A stretch of DNA of 63,042 bases, counting the filler, from Choristocarpus tenellus KU-1152 (Eukaryota > Protista > Phaeophyceae), in the NCBI GenBank assembly GCA_964200185.2. It is 7 parts of 7 records of this genome, joined end to end, with 100 filler letters (N's around TTAATTAATTAA, not from the genome) between each part and the next. Parts side by side here need not be neighbours in the genome. Positions count along the whole stretch, not along the records: positions 1 to 13,835 come from CAXNAD020001354.1; 6 more parts are not named here. The stretch is one strand, 5' to 3'. How positions within the stretch are numbered: the first letter of the stretch is position 1; the number at the start of each line of letters is the position of its first letter. A model generated the notes under the pieces. That model saw only the letters and a program-made list of their open reading frames with translations, had not been told where the DNA came from and made no database searches. This document shows positions 1-13,935 of the stretch, in pieces. The translations under genes were made by a program, and so were the position numbers.

Positions 1-22
1 CCCCCCCCAAGATACTTTGACC
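1..22. mobile_element. Terminal piece of MITE family B at the window start
   Basis: CCCCAAGATACTTTGACCC matches the TIR of the 12987-13160 element (CCCCAGATACTTTGGGCC). Confidence 0.6.
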
Positions 23-129
23 CTAGTGGGAGTTGCGTAGGACCCAAGCCATATATGCAATTTTGAGGTACTGAGTAATGGAAGGGTGCAGGTCACTGAC
101 TACAAAGGTATGTGGTCTAGATCCCCTTA

Positions 130-1000
130 CCTTATGGACATAAGAAAGGGGTGCTGGAAGATATGATACACGACCTGTGGTCCGGGCTGGAATGAGGACA
201 GTTGACCACTGTCCCTGGCCGCATTAACAAGGAACATTTTCTCCCTTTGAGTCATTGGGGGATCACGTTTTGATCGTATCCATCCATGGAACAACCACAG
301 CAGGATATGGATAAGAGTTTGGGGCAAGGACAAGTTCCATGTCACATATCCCATCAATGCAAACTGCTAGTGGCCCTCGGTTGTGCTGGTTAGTGAGAAT
401 AATTTCACCAACAACATAACACATGGTCAAAATAGCATAGTAATCAACGTAACATGATCACCCTGCTTTCAGCATTGGGTGTAGCTTTTTTTCGAGGGCG
501 CTGTTATCGACCTGTTTTGCGAAGCATGCCCCAACCTCACATATTTTCTCGTTTTGGCTGTTAAGAAGTATTGATGTTAGTAGTTGGAGCAGTGTATTTC
601 CACATACATACAAGCGAATCAACGGACCAAGAGGAAGGAACTGATGTACCTCTTCTGCATCACGTAGAGGCCTATCGGAAGGGATCTCTATCTGTTTGTG
701 ACTTGCGAGTGTAAACGATTGGCACAAGTTTTGGCCTCTCAAAACGAAACCCGTCATGGGTGGGTTGGTGCAAACAATGAAAGGGGAGAAGAGGATATAC
801 GTCGCTCCACTCTCCTCCCTCGAATCTTATGCTGTACTCCCCACCGCGTCACTTCTTGGCAGTGAATTGCCACCTCATTTGGGTCTCCCACGTTCTTGTG
901 GTTATAACGACAGATAGGAGAGTGCAGGTGTAGGATCCATAGTGTCTTCAAGAATGGAGCATACTGGGATTGTAGGGTCAAATCGTGGAACAGTCACCGT
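130..1000 (-). mobile_element. Highly degenerate Ty3/gypsy-like RT-RNase H relic
   Basis: Frameshifted peptides PLRDAEEVHQFLPLGPLIRLYV...LLTSILL (resembles the RT thumb, evxxFLGxxxyyRxfi...pLtxLL), followed by LAVCIDG...LVLA and TQREKMFLVNA (resemble RNase H lxtDAS...gavL and yxxxEkElla); similarity is weak. Confidence 0.35.
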
Positions 1001-4000
1001 AAACCAGAGAGGTGTGAAGACCCTCATATGAAACCGTATTGATGTTCTACTAATGTATTGACTATATGGTATCTTCCAATATCAAATCATGTAGTATATA
1101 TTCCAAGTAAAATAGACCTCTACTAACTGTTGTTCAACATAGGAGAAAACAGAGCCAGTGGGGAAGCATGTTGGAGCTTGGGGCATAGATCAACCCAAAA
1201 AATAGGGATCAATTCAAGAGACGATACTACCCAATACAGCTCACCGGCCAAGCCCCAACAACGTCACTCACGCACCAATTATGGTCGGGTTGGTTATTGA
1301 AACGCTCTCTTTTTCGGTTCTTATTGTGGCACTGGTCATGAGAAGAGTCAGTGGGCACAATATCTACTACGAATCGCAGGTAAGTCTTAGTACGTCTGGG
1401 CGTGGAGGATTCTAGTGCAGGAGCAGAGAGTGGGCGAACCCCGTGCTTCTGTCCTTTGCTTGCTCTCTGCATCACTCAAATCGTGTTACCTATCGCAGGT
1501 TCTCAGCTGTCCACAGGAACCCCTCCTTGCAATAAATTCATCCCAGGACGTCCCCCTCTCCCATTGCTGCATTGAGCCCAACCCAACGGACGCTACCGAG
1601 CGAGACAGGTACACCTTTCTATAGGTCTAGGTTGATCATCTCATCTTGGCTCCATTTTATTGTGTTCGACCCGTTTGGACGTTCAACATTCTCGTGTCCG
1701 CCTCTGAAGTAGGACCCACCACATCTTTCTCCCCGCCTTGCCACAGTTCCTTCGATGTCCCCTTCAGAATGGGCCAACCAACTCCTCCCCAGATTTCAAG
1801 GGGGCACCTTCCACTTTCGTCGCAGGCAATCAACATGTTCCTTGACGAGTGAGTAAGTTTGTTGGATCTTTTCCTGGTTCCCAATACCGACTGTATGTAA
1901 TATCTAATGCTTTGTCGTAGATAGACCGCGGTATATTGGCCTTTGCCCAAGAAGGTGCGAAGGCGAGAGGTATCTGTGATCAGCTCACCCTCAGGGGATC
2001 CTTGAAATTTCAGGTGTGACTACGACGTGGTGAGCTTTACTATTTCGAACGATGACAACGGGCTGGTCGTCGCTCAGCCTCTGGTACCAGCTTGCCACGA
2101 GACGAGACGTAACTTCCCCTCACTCGCCCTCGTGGGTAATCTCGCCAGTCTTACCGCGGCAGTGTTGACCCCCATCGTGCCAGCAACCGAGAGCGAGTTG
2201 ATGGACCTGCCATGGTATGATGATCTTGTTGCACATTACTCGTCAGATCTTGGCGCCATCATCACCACCAACCCGAGGTGAGAGCTGATACGTTGGTAAG
2301 CCGTGAGGGAGTAGGAGATAAGACTACAGAGGGGTTGCTTGTGGCCAGTTTGACCATTGCCGATGTTAGGACACGAAACCATCGCCAGCCATCGAAGGGG
2401 ATCGCCACCTGTTGATGGTTTTCTCAGTCCCACAATACGTTAGATACGACAGCACGACCCACTATGTCTCTTCCCTCACAAACGGGTTTTATCGTCCTGT
2501 TCTATTGCAGTTCCGTCATTGTCGTGCCCCGCTTTCGAGAAGCTCCTGCTCTACCCCTACGATGATTATCAGTGCTCTAACAGCAGCATTTGTAGAATGT
2601 AGTGGTGATTTTCGAGGTATGCGGGCATACAACTGTTCCAACATTATTCGCAGTTTTGTTTTTTCTTGACTCTTTTCTTGTCGCCCTCAATACCTCGCCG
2701 TAGGTGTTCCCCGACACCCTCCTGTCGCGAGCTGTTCACTGCCGAGCAAGCACTCACTGGTGTTTCGTGGTACCTTCCTGAAGGTCTAAACGAAGACTGC
2801 CTGCCCAATGAACTTGTGAGTGCATATATTTACTATTGACTTTTGATTGGCCATGGACCTGTGTTACAGAACACAACACCCTTCTATAATATGTATAGAT
2901 TATTGATTGCACAATCGACAATTCCTAGAACCTAGAAAGGGCTGCGACCAAGGATATTGGAGATGTTTTTGTTTGAAGATTTTGAAATCTGGTAAGAATT
3001 TCAGGGCAAGACCAATTCTCTGTGTGAAATCAAGAAAGGGGTATGCTTGGAACGAATATTTTCAATTGGTACCACTATAATACTCTGGAGTATATTTTTT
3101 CATCAGACTTTGGATTGTTGCTCTTTTATTATTAAATATTTTACTTTCAAAGTAAATTGGTACTATTATATACTAGTGGTACTAATCGTGTAGTGGTGTA
3201 GCAATTTTTTTTATCGTTTTCTTAGCCTTGGTTATGTGAGAGTGTAGAGATGTTCCTCATTGCCTGAACAATGCTGACAACGATGATACCCATATTCTCT
3301 TACCACTCATTGGCAGGGTGGCCCGGGCTCATGCGACTTTACAAATTCAATCGTTGCCATCGTTCCACCAGGCGATTACTTCCTCGTGGTGAGACTTATA
3401 TTACTCTATCCTCTCTGAATAGTCTTGTGTGAAGGTGGAGGAAGTAGAGAATCTCTGAGACTCCTTCCCAGTCCTTGTTGCTCTACTGGTATCTGACACT
3501 CTCTCTCACATATTTATAATTTCTTTCACTCACTGAGTACATTCTCACCGCACACAATCGCCTGTTTATTGGTTGTGGCGTCCGTGCCTGCTCTCGGCAT
3601 TTGCCTAACATGCCTGCTTTTGCCACGCTGGGCGGACACAAGGTATGGGACCCTAGAGGTAAGGCACAGTATATTACGCTGAATATTGGTTTTGATGAGA
3701 CTGACACAGCCGCCGACTGCAGTCCAGATACCTTTGAATGCCAAGGTGACGCGACCGACCTGATTAGGAATCATGCCTGGATGGCCAGGAAGGGATGTAC
3801 GCCTGTGCATGACCTCTCCCCCACCTGCACTGTATAAGAGGTTGACAGGGTGCAGCACAACTTCTTCGCTGAGGTCATATCGTGAAAAGCGGATGCAGGC
3901 CAGCAGCCAGCGGTGTTTCAATTACTACCTGGCCTTTCACAGTCGTGGTCCCTAGGTTCACCCAGGATCTGATTGTGGATTTACCTCTTTGAGCCAGTTG

Positions 4001-5466
4001 ATTAGTGTATTGTTTATGCCGATACTGAACTTTTCGTTTCAAGACCCAAAGCGCGTCCTTCTCATCCTTGGAGGGGATCACAGTAGCCCGTTGGTTGGTC
4101 TATGAATACGCATAATGCATATTGTGCCCCTCTTTGAAGTGGGGTTTCTCCATCACCCTACGTTGTGCGATTTAGTGCGAAAAACAAACAAACACATAGA
4201 CGCAAATCTCCCTCTTTGTTAACATTTTATGCGTATTCTTATGCTGGATGGCGGATAGTTCTCAGTTGTTTGTCATGAAGCGAACAAGGAGAAAAAAAAA
4301 GGCAAAGAATACGAAAAAAAAAGAAAACTAAGAGTCTCTATTGCTCACAACACATAGTTCTATTTTCTAATTTATGGACTTTCTTGGATGAGGTATTTGG
4401 AGTGTATCCACAGGAGATGTTTCACGGTAACATTGCTGCTCTTCAGTATTGTGTGATGTTCGTATATATTTTTTTCTGTTCTGACAGGACAGGGTCTTCT
4501 CTTTCTGCTTGTAGCGATGGTCATTGCTGAGTCAAAGTCAGTTTCATGCCCTCACGAACTGATGCTTTAGCTCAGCTGCTTTTTTCTTTTTGGCAGATAG
4601 TTACTGTTACACTCCAAAGAACCTGAGGAGCCGAGGACCTCACTGGACGCATTGATATCTGGAGTATTTTTTGTCGTAGGATAGTGTATGTAGTAGTTGC
4701 ATTTTTGTACTATTGGTACATTCGCCATTATTTCCTCCAGAAAATAAAAAGATACAAGGTCGATCTGGAAGGCATCTATATTTTTATTCAAAGGAGGAAT
4801 ATGATACTAATCTGAAAGTGATCCAAAAGACTAATTCTTTTATAATACACAGTTGAAAATTTGTGCCACTGCCTAGCACAAATAGAAGGAGTTACATGCA
4901 CATTAAAACAGTGGGCAGAGGGATTTATCAACTTACCCTTCGATCTTCACTTTGTCCCTCAGGCGAGATATGAGACAGTCATATTCAATCTAAATTCGAA
5001 ATCACTGGTGAGCACCTAAGACGAGCACACAGTTACTCGCTTTTTATCCACAAAAACACAGTCGAAATAAACCAGGGGCCGATTTTGGTTGGTGGTACGG
5101 TGCGACAACTGCAAGGAACCGTTGACAGTATTGCATACAATGTATGTTCGACTTACGCTGTCAATAACCAACCTGCATAACATACTATCTTCAAGACGCT
5201 CCATTTCTACTTCAGCGCAGTAATGTATTTTCCAGATTTGGTTTGAGGCCTCGCCCAAAAAAGGCTTTTTTTTTGTACTGTTTTCTAGTAACTCCCAATA
5301 TATTATTGATAGTTTGTCGACTGACGCTTTGACTAACTCTTATGTTGCACGCATGAAGTTCAGGACACTCATATTATGTCCCTGATCCTACTACACTGTG
5401 GACGACTAATACATCGAGCAGATTGAGCCACGCCTTGATTGGCAGGTGCAAACGCAGTACAAAAGA

Positions 5467-5497
5467 GCGAGAGAGAGAGAGAGAGAGAAAGAGAGAT
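5467..5497. repeat. (GA)n microsatellite
   Basis: Seen directly. Confidence 0.85.
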
Positions 5498-6649
5498 TTG
5501 CCCAATAATATCAAAACAAGTCTACATACAAAAGATGCATTGCATTGAGTTAAACAATGGATTATCCCACAGAAACCAGGACCGAGCTCCTCGTTCTTCT
5601 CAATGCATTACTGCACTGGGAACATTCAAGCCCCAGATACAGATACTACAGCTCTTGTCGTTTCTTGCTACACAGAGTTCGGTATGACACCTCCTTTACC
5701 CTGCCTTCCCACCATCGTCTCTCCTACTCGAGCTTTCACTTACTCCTGTGCGAAATATCCTTCAACAATTTTACTATCACTCCCTTCTTTGCTCTTCAAG
5801 TTTTTGGTGGAGTTGTACTTTGGTTGCAACTACTTCCACCGCTGCCGTCGCCTTCACTGTCAATATGGGGCAATAGACTCTCCCACTTCCCCCAAACTCG
5901 ATGGTACGATGGAAACACTTCCTGGACAATTTGTTGGGGGGAGGGGGTAATGAGCTTAGTGCAAGGGAGAAGGAAAAACGTGCGCAGGTGATAGGAAGGG
6001 GTATAGGGGAATAGCAGGGGAGGGGAGGGTTTCGTGAGGCACCAAGGTACCCATAGGTTGACAATGGAGACATGAGTTGTGAAACAGGTGATGCCAGCAC
6101 TGCATTGTTTGCATGTTAGTTGTGGATAGGTGCAATATACATCAGGAGCCGATAATCCACACTCAATGCATCAGCATGTTGCACTCAGACCGTGGCCATC
6201 TGCTCACTTCCTAATTCAGTTGAACTGTGCACCATCCTCCAAGACACGTCGCAGACAACAGACGGCAGTCAAAGGTCATCCTGTTGGACCCTGCTCGTCT
6301 CGTGCTAACCAAGGGATTGCTTCGCCCTCAACCTACTTGGTTTGCCCACTTGGTCCCTCACCCAATGAACAGAAATCGCACTACATTGTACGGACACTCT
6401 ACATCCTCATAGTGACCTTTCCGCAACTTGGTCAAACACAACTTTTTTCAATATCTGCTTTGCGTTCTCGAGGCAGCACCAACGCAACACACACGTTGCA
6501 CAGAAAGCAGAAGTTAAGGAGAGAGAGGGTGTTTGTTGTAGTGGTTGAGGGGTGTATTGGACTTGGAGAGACAGGTACAGCAGAGCTCCCTTTGCTTGGA
6601 TACGAGCATGCACCTCTTTTTGCACTTCGGCATGGTTCTATTTTTTTTT

Positions 6650-6909
6650 GAGTGAAACTATCTTAGAGGGTACGATTTTTTCCCCTGTTTGTCCATTTGG
6701 GGCTTGGGTTCCCATGTGTTTCTTGTGACATTTTCCTACACTAAAATGGTTTAGAGGAAGTAAAACCTATACGTTATGAAAAGGTGTTTGTCCGGAACAA
6801 GGATATTGACACTTCCTAACAAACACGATAGCAAAAATTACCTAAAAATCGCAGCTTTGGATTTGGCCCCAAAACGGACGCGGCTCTACCCTCTAAATTA
6901 CTCTCACTC
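6650..6909 (+). mobile_element. MITE family A, full copy (260 bp)
   Basis: Imperfect 23-bp TIRs GAGTGAAACTATCTTAGAGGGTA / TACCCTCTAAATTACTCTCACTC, TTT on both flanks; colinear inverted copy at 48403-48659. Confidence 0.85.
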
Positions 6910-7624
6910 TTTTGTAGAAGAATCAGTAGCAGTTCAGGTTTCATGTGTATAAGAAAATGTAGGCGTGCTGATGCGGAGGGAACAACCCGGCGTTGGAGGC
7001 TACAAGAAGAAAGGGTTCTTTTTTTTGCTCCATACGACATGTAAGGACTCTAAAGACCCCTACTATGATGTTGATGTCACTGATGCTTTTTGTACAGTAT
7101 CCCCTTGCTCTCAATGATCATTATACTATTATTGTTTTTATTGTTAATTTGTGTTATTAATCTCGACGCAGTTCATGACTCCATATACTACATATTCTGA
7201 GAAATGATGAAAATCGCCCTGAGAGGATGAATTGGAAGTGGAGGCATTTCTTTGTGGATCATGTTTGTGCAACCTGGCAGACAAGCAACTCGGGTACAAA
7301 ATACTCTCTAATCAATAATTGTCAGTGTTGGTGGAATGGTATAACTTTGAAAGAAATCGACTATGGTATGAAGTAATGGATATATACCATCAGTGGTATG
7401 TACTGACATGGTGGTGGATAGTGGGGCAAATACACTACAGACACCCCACTGGTGGAGTAGATAATAGAATGGAGAGCCAGTGACAGATATACCATATGTA
7501 TCGACTCATAGTAAGTTAGTGTGGACGATTGTAAACCCCACACTATAAGAGTAAATTATGGGTGCCACCAGTTGTGAGCCCCATGAGTTCAGTCAACGGA
7601 ATCGAGACCATAAGCCCCGTGTAA

Positions 7625-7690
7625 GACCCAAAGTATCTGGGAGGGGGGGGGGTCTACACCAGGGTGTCCATTTGGATCAAAATCAGGATG
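7625..7690 (+). mobile_element. MITE family B, truncated copy
   Basis: TAA|GACCCAAAGTATCTGGGAGG...GTCTAC...GTGTCCATTTGG matches the copies at 12987 and 45310. Confidence 0.7.
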
Positions 7691-10600
7691 TTCACCCTGT
7701 TTTTCACATATGTGAGATATACTGAGAGGCGCGGAGATTTTGATCGTTTATTATTGATGCCTTTCTTTCCTCTGTGCATAATATACACTCTTCTCTTTTG
7801 TATTTTTTCGTTAAAGCCCTCAAAATCGCACTTTGTCACTGCTGAAGAGAGGTTGACCAAAAACATCACTGTTGAGCAAAGGCCCTTTTCTTATTGTATG
7901 AAAAAAGGTGCTCCTTTTTGATCGTTTCTGGGGATCCTTCCAATGCAATTGTTTGTGCCTCCAGGATAGTAAGCCTCACTACATGTATACGTGTGTGTAT
8001 GTATGTATGTACATATGTATGGAGATATATAGGGAAATAGGGCAACCAATTTTGGAGTATTGACCTTGATAGAGTGTTTTATTATTACTCCGGTGTTCAT
8101 ACTCATGCAGTACAGTCCCCCTTCGGCCCTACCTGAAAGCATATGATGCAATGATGGTGCAAATAGATTGATTTGAATGCTTGGTGCTAGACACTGATGG
8201 ACATCAAATTTTGGTGGATAAGACATTCATGTACCTGGTGATACATGCGCTTCACACCATTGATATCTGCTGGAGGCCAACGCTGTTCCGGTACCCATAC
8301 TTTGCTGGAATCCCCGCTTTGTACAGATCCTTCTTGTTGCTGTTGAAGGGTTAGGGTTAGCCGTGGTTGGAGGTAGATGAGAGCTTGAGAGTGAGGTGAA
8401 TCGAGGTGATGCTGGGCACTATCACTGTCCCATGTAGCAAGCATGGAATGCAGATCTTTTCGATACTAAATTTGTGGTAAGAGTCCTCTTTGTGGTCATT
8501 ATCTAGATTTAATGGCACAGCCAAGGCATTTCACTCTTTACAGCAGAGTAGCATTGAAATGAGGAAATAAGACTATCTTGATGTAACTTCTTTCCTGATG
8601 TAAAGGACCAAGGAGTTGCACCAGATTTCGCGTAGAAGGGAATATCGCCCTTGGGATACAATTTCTACCTCTGTTATTGCATTATATCGCTTGAGAATAT
8701 TTATTGTGGTAAACCTCGAACCAAATATCTTTTCATATGATAATGACAAAGAGGAGGACACTGTGTACATTCAAACACTACACATCTCACCTGTACATGC
8801 ACCAATATCACTATAAAATGTGAATGTTAATTGCTAATTTTTTTCAGGTATTTTTTTTTAGTAAAATAGATGTGATACTTAGCGCAACAAGTGACATTAA
8901 ATGGCAATTTTTTACAATCGATCTGACAGCAGAGGACATTTGAAGAAGTATCTGCATACAGATGAAGTTATAAATTCTCACAGTTATAATCACTGATTTG
9001 CAATGTAACTGAAAACATATCATATCCTCTCATCAAAATGCATGCTTTCTCTTTTCATTTGATTTTATCCTCAACACATATATTTCTCAACATATCAAGA
9101 GCTTCGATAGTATATGACCCGAAGTAAACGAAAGGTACCCAGATTTAGGTCGATTTTCATTTTATGTCCGTTTTGCAATTCTTCCAATTCACCCATATTT
9201 GTATGGAGGAAGTTCTAAGTTTGAATTGAGGGTTTTTTCCCCTCCATTGTTTGAAATTTTTTCTTGGTAAAATTTACAAAATATCCTATACAAAATTGTA
9301 AAAAAAGTCGAATTTTGCACATACTTGCCAACATCCTTGAAATGTAACTCTGGGTACCTCTCATTTACTTTGACCCTGTATGAGATATGCATCCGATGTG
9401 TCCCATTCAAATATAAATAAAGCCTCTCTCCTTTCATTTGATGTAATAATATATATTTTCTAATGGTTCTTACCGCGTCAAAAAAGTTTGAAAGTTTTTA
9501 TTGTGACTTCTTTTCAAAACTTCAGTGAACTTCAAATCCATAGGCACCATTTCAAACTCCGTCTGCACCTTGCTCGTTGGATCACATGCTTGAATCAAAG
9601 GAGGATCAGACTATATTTTGGCTCTGGATCGATTTCTGTGCTTCCAAATTCTGACTCAATTGATGTTTTGAGTCAAGACACCCTCGTACCATTATTGGTC
9701 AGTCCCGGAGTCGTGGATAGTAGTATATGCAACAACTTCGAAATCCGTGTTTGTCTAACGGTACGGTCTTAGTATGGTGTTCCAGATTCCGAATGGGGGA
9801 AGTTTATGCAGATCATGCTGAGTATGGTTGGCACAAGTCTGTTCACAATTGGTGTCAATAATGCAATACCAAAGGGTCTGTCAGTATGGAGGACGGATTG
9901 TTGGTTGGGTCAGTGCAATAGTGGTTTGTAGGTTAGTGTTGTAGTCAGTGGAAAAAGGAGCAATATTGGTGTCCACTGTGAAAATTGGAGGGCGCATTGG
10001 ACAAGTAGTGGCAAGTATTTCGCATGGCACAAAAATAAAATAAATGTTACTGTACCAGAATTTCTTAACACCACACTGTCCTGTCAACCAAACAGCCACA
10101 ATTTTCTGTGTTGTGTTGTGTTGTATAAAACAGCATTTTTTTTAAACAATGGAGATGGTTAGTTGTGGCAATGATTCCAGACTTGGGTGCACAAACACAA
10201 AGGGCGATTTCCAGGTGACCTGTTCCCCCCAGCCTGTGAAAATCAAAGCAAGATGTCCCAAGTGACAAGGGTATCAATCTTTACTACTTATGATGTATTT
10301 ATTGGTTGGAAAGGTCCACTCACGCACCTGGGATGATGCACCATCTGAACCCTCTGTGGACAAATCATCCATACTTGATCCCCACCCTCCTGCAACTGCT
10401 TTGTGAGTAATTAGTGTCTCCCTATGATGGTTTGAACCTAGTGTAGTCCACGATGGAGCTCCCGAAACTGCTGACCTTTCTGAAATTTTTGAGATTCCAG
10501 AAACTCCTGAAATCAACGAATCCTCGTTCCTGGTCGAGAGCCCACTTGATCCTAGGAGTGAACCCCCTTCTGGCGGGGGAGAGAGATATTTCTCGCTGTC

Positions 10601-12986
10601 GCAACTATCACCATTGCTGCCTCTAATATTGTCGGAGTTGCTGTTGCTGCTCGTGACTCCTTCTTTGATGTGCGATTTTTCCACTTGTTGCAGTCTGTAA
10701 GTTCAGCAAGAGGTGCATTATTTGCATAAAGTGGCAACTGACTTGTGGGGGATAATGTTCACTACCAAAAAAAAACCTTGTTTCGGAGCACACCGAACGT
10801 AGCAGAGTGAGAGAGCGAGCATGTACTTTGATGGATGGGCCTGCGGTTAGGTTATAGCTAAGATCAGGACTTAATAGAAAGGGTGGAGATGAAGGGTGAC
10901 AATTTGCCAATTTGCATACACATTCAATGTCCAGGGTAGCGTTTGGTTCAAATTGGTTCTAGGTCAGGCTCAGTCTTACTCGATTTGAGAGGCAGGGTCT
11001 TTCAGGATGCATATTTATTCCAGATCAGGCTTGATGTCAAAGCCATACGATCTGGATCAAAGCTTATACTGTCAGAGTTTGAGGTGGTGGATGTCATCAT
11101 TAGATGTTTGAGCATCTGAGCATGTATGTGTGCACTAGAACTTCGTTTCCTGCAGAGTACTAATGCCCTCTCTTAAGCAAGTACACCCCACTCCCCCTCA
11201 TCCCTTGTGTTTTTTTGACGTGTATAGAACACTGTGTGTAAATTAGCATCTTATTTTCAAACGTATGGGGATGTATGTACAAGGGGAGGTGCACTTACTG
11301 GCACCATTACAACCTATGATGCCATTCCCATATACTACTGTTCGAGTGTACACAAAACACTAAACGCGGTCAATCACATCAGGATGGCTGGATTGCCAAC
11401 ACTTTTTTCTTTCTGGCCCCCCAAAAACTCAGTAAGGTAGACGTGTATTGACATCCATACAAATGTTCTAGTCCACCCCATCCACCCCCTGCTCACGACA
11501 CAAAAACGACTCAAATGATCTCATTCACCATGGCGACCCCAGACCTCCATTGACTTTCTCCGAATGTGATCCCTTCTAGATCGCCCCCCTCCCCTGCTGT
11601 AAATTGCGCATGCAGCCCTGTGCCAGTAGCCCACTCCCTTGCCACTTCTCCGGATTTGAAAGCACTCAGAGCCTGCTCACGGGGCATTGAGCCCAATAGG
11701 TTTTGCATGTGAAGTCATGCGTAAAAGCTGGCAGTACATGCCACAAGTTGAACTTAACAATCAACGAAGAAAAAAAAAAGGCATAGTAAATATATATTTT
11801 TCTAATGACTCCACATCAGTGTCGTTTCCCAACAAACCCAGCTTGTTCATCACAACTTGGTGTGACCTGCACCTGGATGCTGTAGTCATAAACTACCTTG
11901 GTTTGCGCACAAGGACTGGGCAGGCAGATGGACACATTGCAATGCGATCAATCTGGAATTGTCATCTTTGCCTGATGAGTGTTGCGGCAGAATTCTTGTG
12001 CACAGAAGAAAGCCTCCCTAACGAACTCTCCATCTGGGGCCAGGTGGCATGCTGCCCTGTTGTGCACGCTCTTCCACCGCAAGTCTGATTGACCTGGCTG
12101 CAGCAATGACTCAGCATTGATACATCTCCCAGACCTTGAGCACAGCTGATGGAGGGATGATCTAAGAACTGTGAAAGCTTGTGCGATAGATTCTTGATGT
12201 TGCTTTGATGAGCTTGGAGTTTGCTGCATATAGACAATGTCTTCGTAATGTATTATAGTTGTTTCTGACAGTTTGGAAGGTAACTGCTGCTTCACTATTT
12301 GTCCTTGTTGTGGCCTCGAATCACAGTGTGCTAGAAAATAGAGACTAGAGCTCAAGACCAGGGGATAAGATGTAGCTCTGCCATCCTTGCTGCCAGTATG
12401 CTAGTCCTTAGATTGAATATGAAGGAAGGGTTGGAGCACAGCTTAGGAAAAGAGCATCAGCCAAAACAGCCAAACCCGAAGTGTAGGCGAAGAAAACTCA
12501 ACAAATCCCAATTCATCAACCAAATCACTTGAATTATATTTTCACGGCAAACTGACAGTTCTAGTGCTGTGAACTGTGACGGTTTAGTCGACCTTTGTGC
12601 AATCAATTTGAGAATATGACCGAGATCACAACTAGCTTTCTCGTGCTGGTTATTCAGTTGTTGTTTTTGTATCAGAAGGTACACAGAACTGACACAACGT
12701 GTCGAACAACCTAGTAACTTCATCTTCACACGGTGTCACTATTCACAAATCGCAAATCACTACACAATCATGGCCTTGAATCTGCCTGAGGCATGTCGAG
12801 ACTTAATTTTTTTGTTTCGAGAATTTGAGGGTCCACCTGTCAGGTGGTCGCTCCCATGTGTCGAATATGATGGTGACAGAGACCATGTCGAGCATCATAA
12901 CGAAGAAGACTACTGTGAATATAGTTGTAAGCAATACAGATATCTGTGTTGGGTTGTTGTGTTCGTCTTCTTTCTCTTCTATGAAT

Positions 12987-13160
12987 GGCTCAAAGTATCT
13001 GGGGGGTGGGGTCTACATCAGGTTGTCCATTTGGGCCCTGGCCAGGAGAAGTGCAATTACATTATCCATCCGACACATGCAACCAATCACTCAAAAATTG
13101 CGACATGGAAAAATGGGCCCCAAATGGACATCCGGTACCCCTCCCCAGATACTTTGGGCC
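12987..13160 (+). mobile_element. MITE family B, full copy (174 bp), PIF/Harbinger (Tourist)-like
   Basis: TIRs GGCTCAAAGTATCTGGGG / CCCCAGATACTTTGGGCC; internal inverted TGTCCATTTGGG / CCCAAATGGACA; TAA follows the right end. Confidence 0.8.
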
Positions 13161-13777
13161 TAATGTGTGTTCTATTCCAGTAGCAGCTCAAAAATGCTAT
13201 GATCATATTGAAAGCATCAGGAAGGGGTGCACGAAGATCATGATGAATCCATCTTCACTCTTCACAGTCAACCTCTCAGTCACATATTCTTCAGCCTTCC
13301 ATAAATTAATCAAGAAGTGAATGTCCACTCGGATACTACAAGAAACCATGTGTGTCTGGTGATGAAGATAGAGTGCAAAATAGAATGCAAAATAGAGTGG
13401 AAGTCGGAATATTGCACGTCCAGAGAGGCCCCACTCCAATCAGGGGTTGGTTGCCTCATGGCACAACGCACCACTTAGGCTACTGGTGTGCGCTCATCAC
13501 GCGTCGCCTCGCGCACCAAGAGCTAGATTGGGTTTACAAAGATTTGTAGCTGATTTGTTTTGGACCGAAGATTATTTTGGTTCATGACACTAGTTACTCC
13601 TGTAACTGACTGTCTAGATGTTTAAGACCGGAGGGGAGAAAGGGGGGTAAGATGCAACCAACTTAGGGCAATAGCAGTAAAGTTTTCGATGCTTGGCATA
13701 TGGGTCATGACTAATATAGACCCCCTCAAAGGCAAAAGCTAATGATTGATGCATGTTGATACGTGTGGTTACCCGTC

Positions 13778-13835
13778 GAGTGAAACTATCTTAGAGGGGA
13801 CGAATTTTTCCCTGTTTGTCCATTTGTGGGGCTTG
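13778..13835 (+). mobile_element. MITE family A end at contig break
   Basis: GAGTGAAACTATCTTAGAGGGGACGAATTTTTCCCTGTTTGTCCATTTG, near-identical to the 6650 copy. Confidence 0.85.
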
Positions 13836-13935
13836 NNNNNNNNNNNNNNNNNNNNNNNNNNNNNNNNNNNNNNNNNNNNTTAATTAATTAANNNNNNNNN
13901 NNNNNNNNNNNNNNNNNNNNNNNNNNNNNNNNNNN
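13836..13935. other. Artificial contig-joining spacer
   Basis: N44-TTAATTAATTAA-N44, which puts stops in all six frames; the same structure recurs six times. Confidence 0.98.

Larger units (their letters stand above)
4937..12330 (-). pseudogene. Unidentified multi-exon gene, probably decaying
   Basis: Same-strand exon-like segments with polypyrimidine-AG acceptors and mostly GT donors: ~11975-12330 (donor possibly GC), ~11530-11672, ~10327-10694, ~9547-9838 (three in-frame stops), 8235-8465 (231 nt, open), 5744-5921 (one in-frame TGA), ~5158-5210 and ~4937-4990. No recognisable domain. Confidence 0.45.

Noticed and set aside
5557-7300. Plus-strand spliced gene from exon-like pieces at ~5590-5900, ~6960-7040 and ~7200-7290
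   Set aside because: I could not build a phase-consistent model, and the minus strand has stronger splice signals at 5744-5921
4937-12330. Stop-codon reassignment or selenocysteine recoding to explain the in-frame stops
   Set aside because: Both TAA and TGA occur, and conserved genes in the window end normally at TGA or TAG
13880-13891. Recurrent TTAATTAATTAA between N runs as a biological repeat or CRISPR-like array
   Set aside because: It is a six-frame-stop linker of fixed length added when contigs were concatenated
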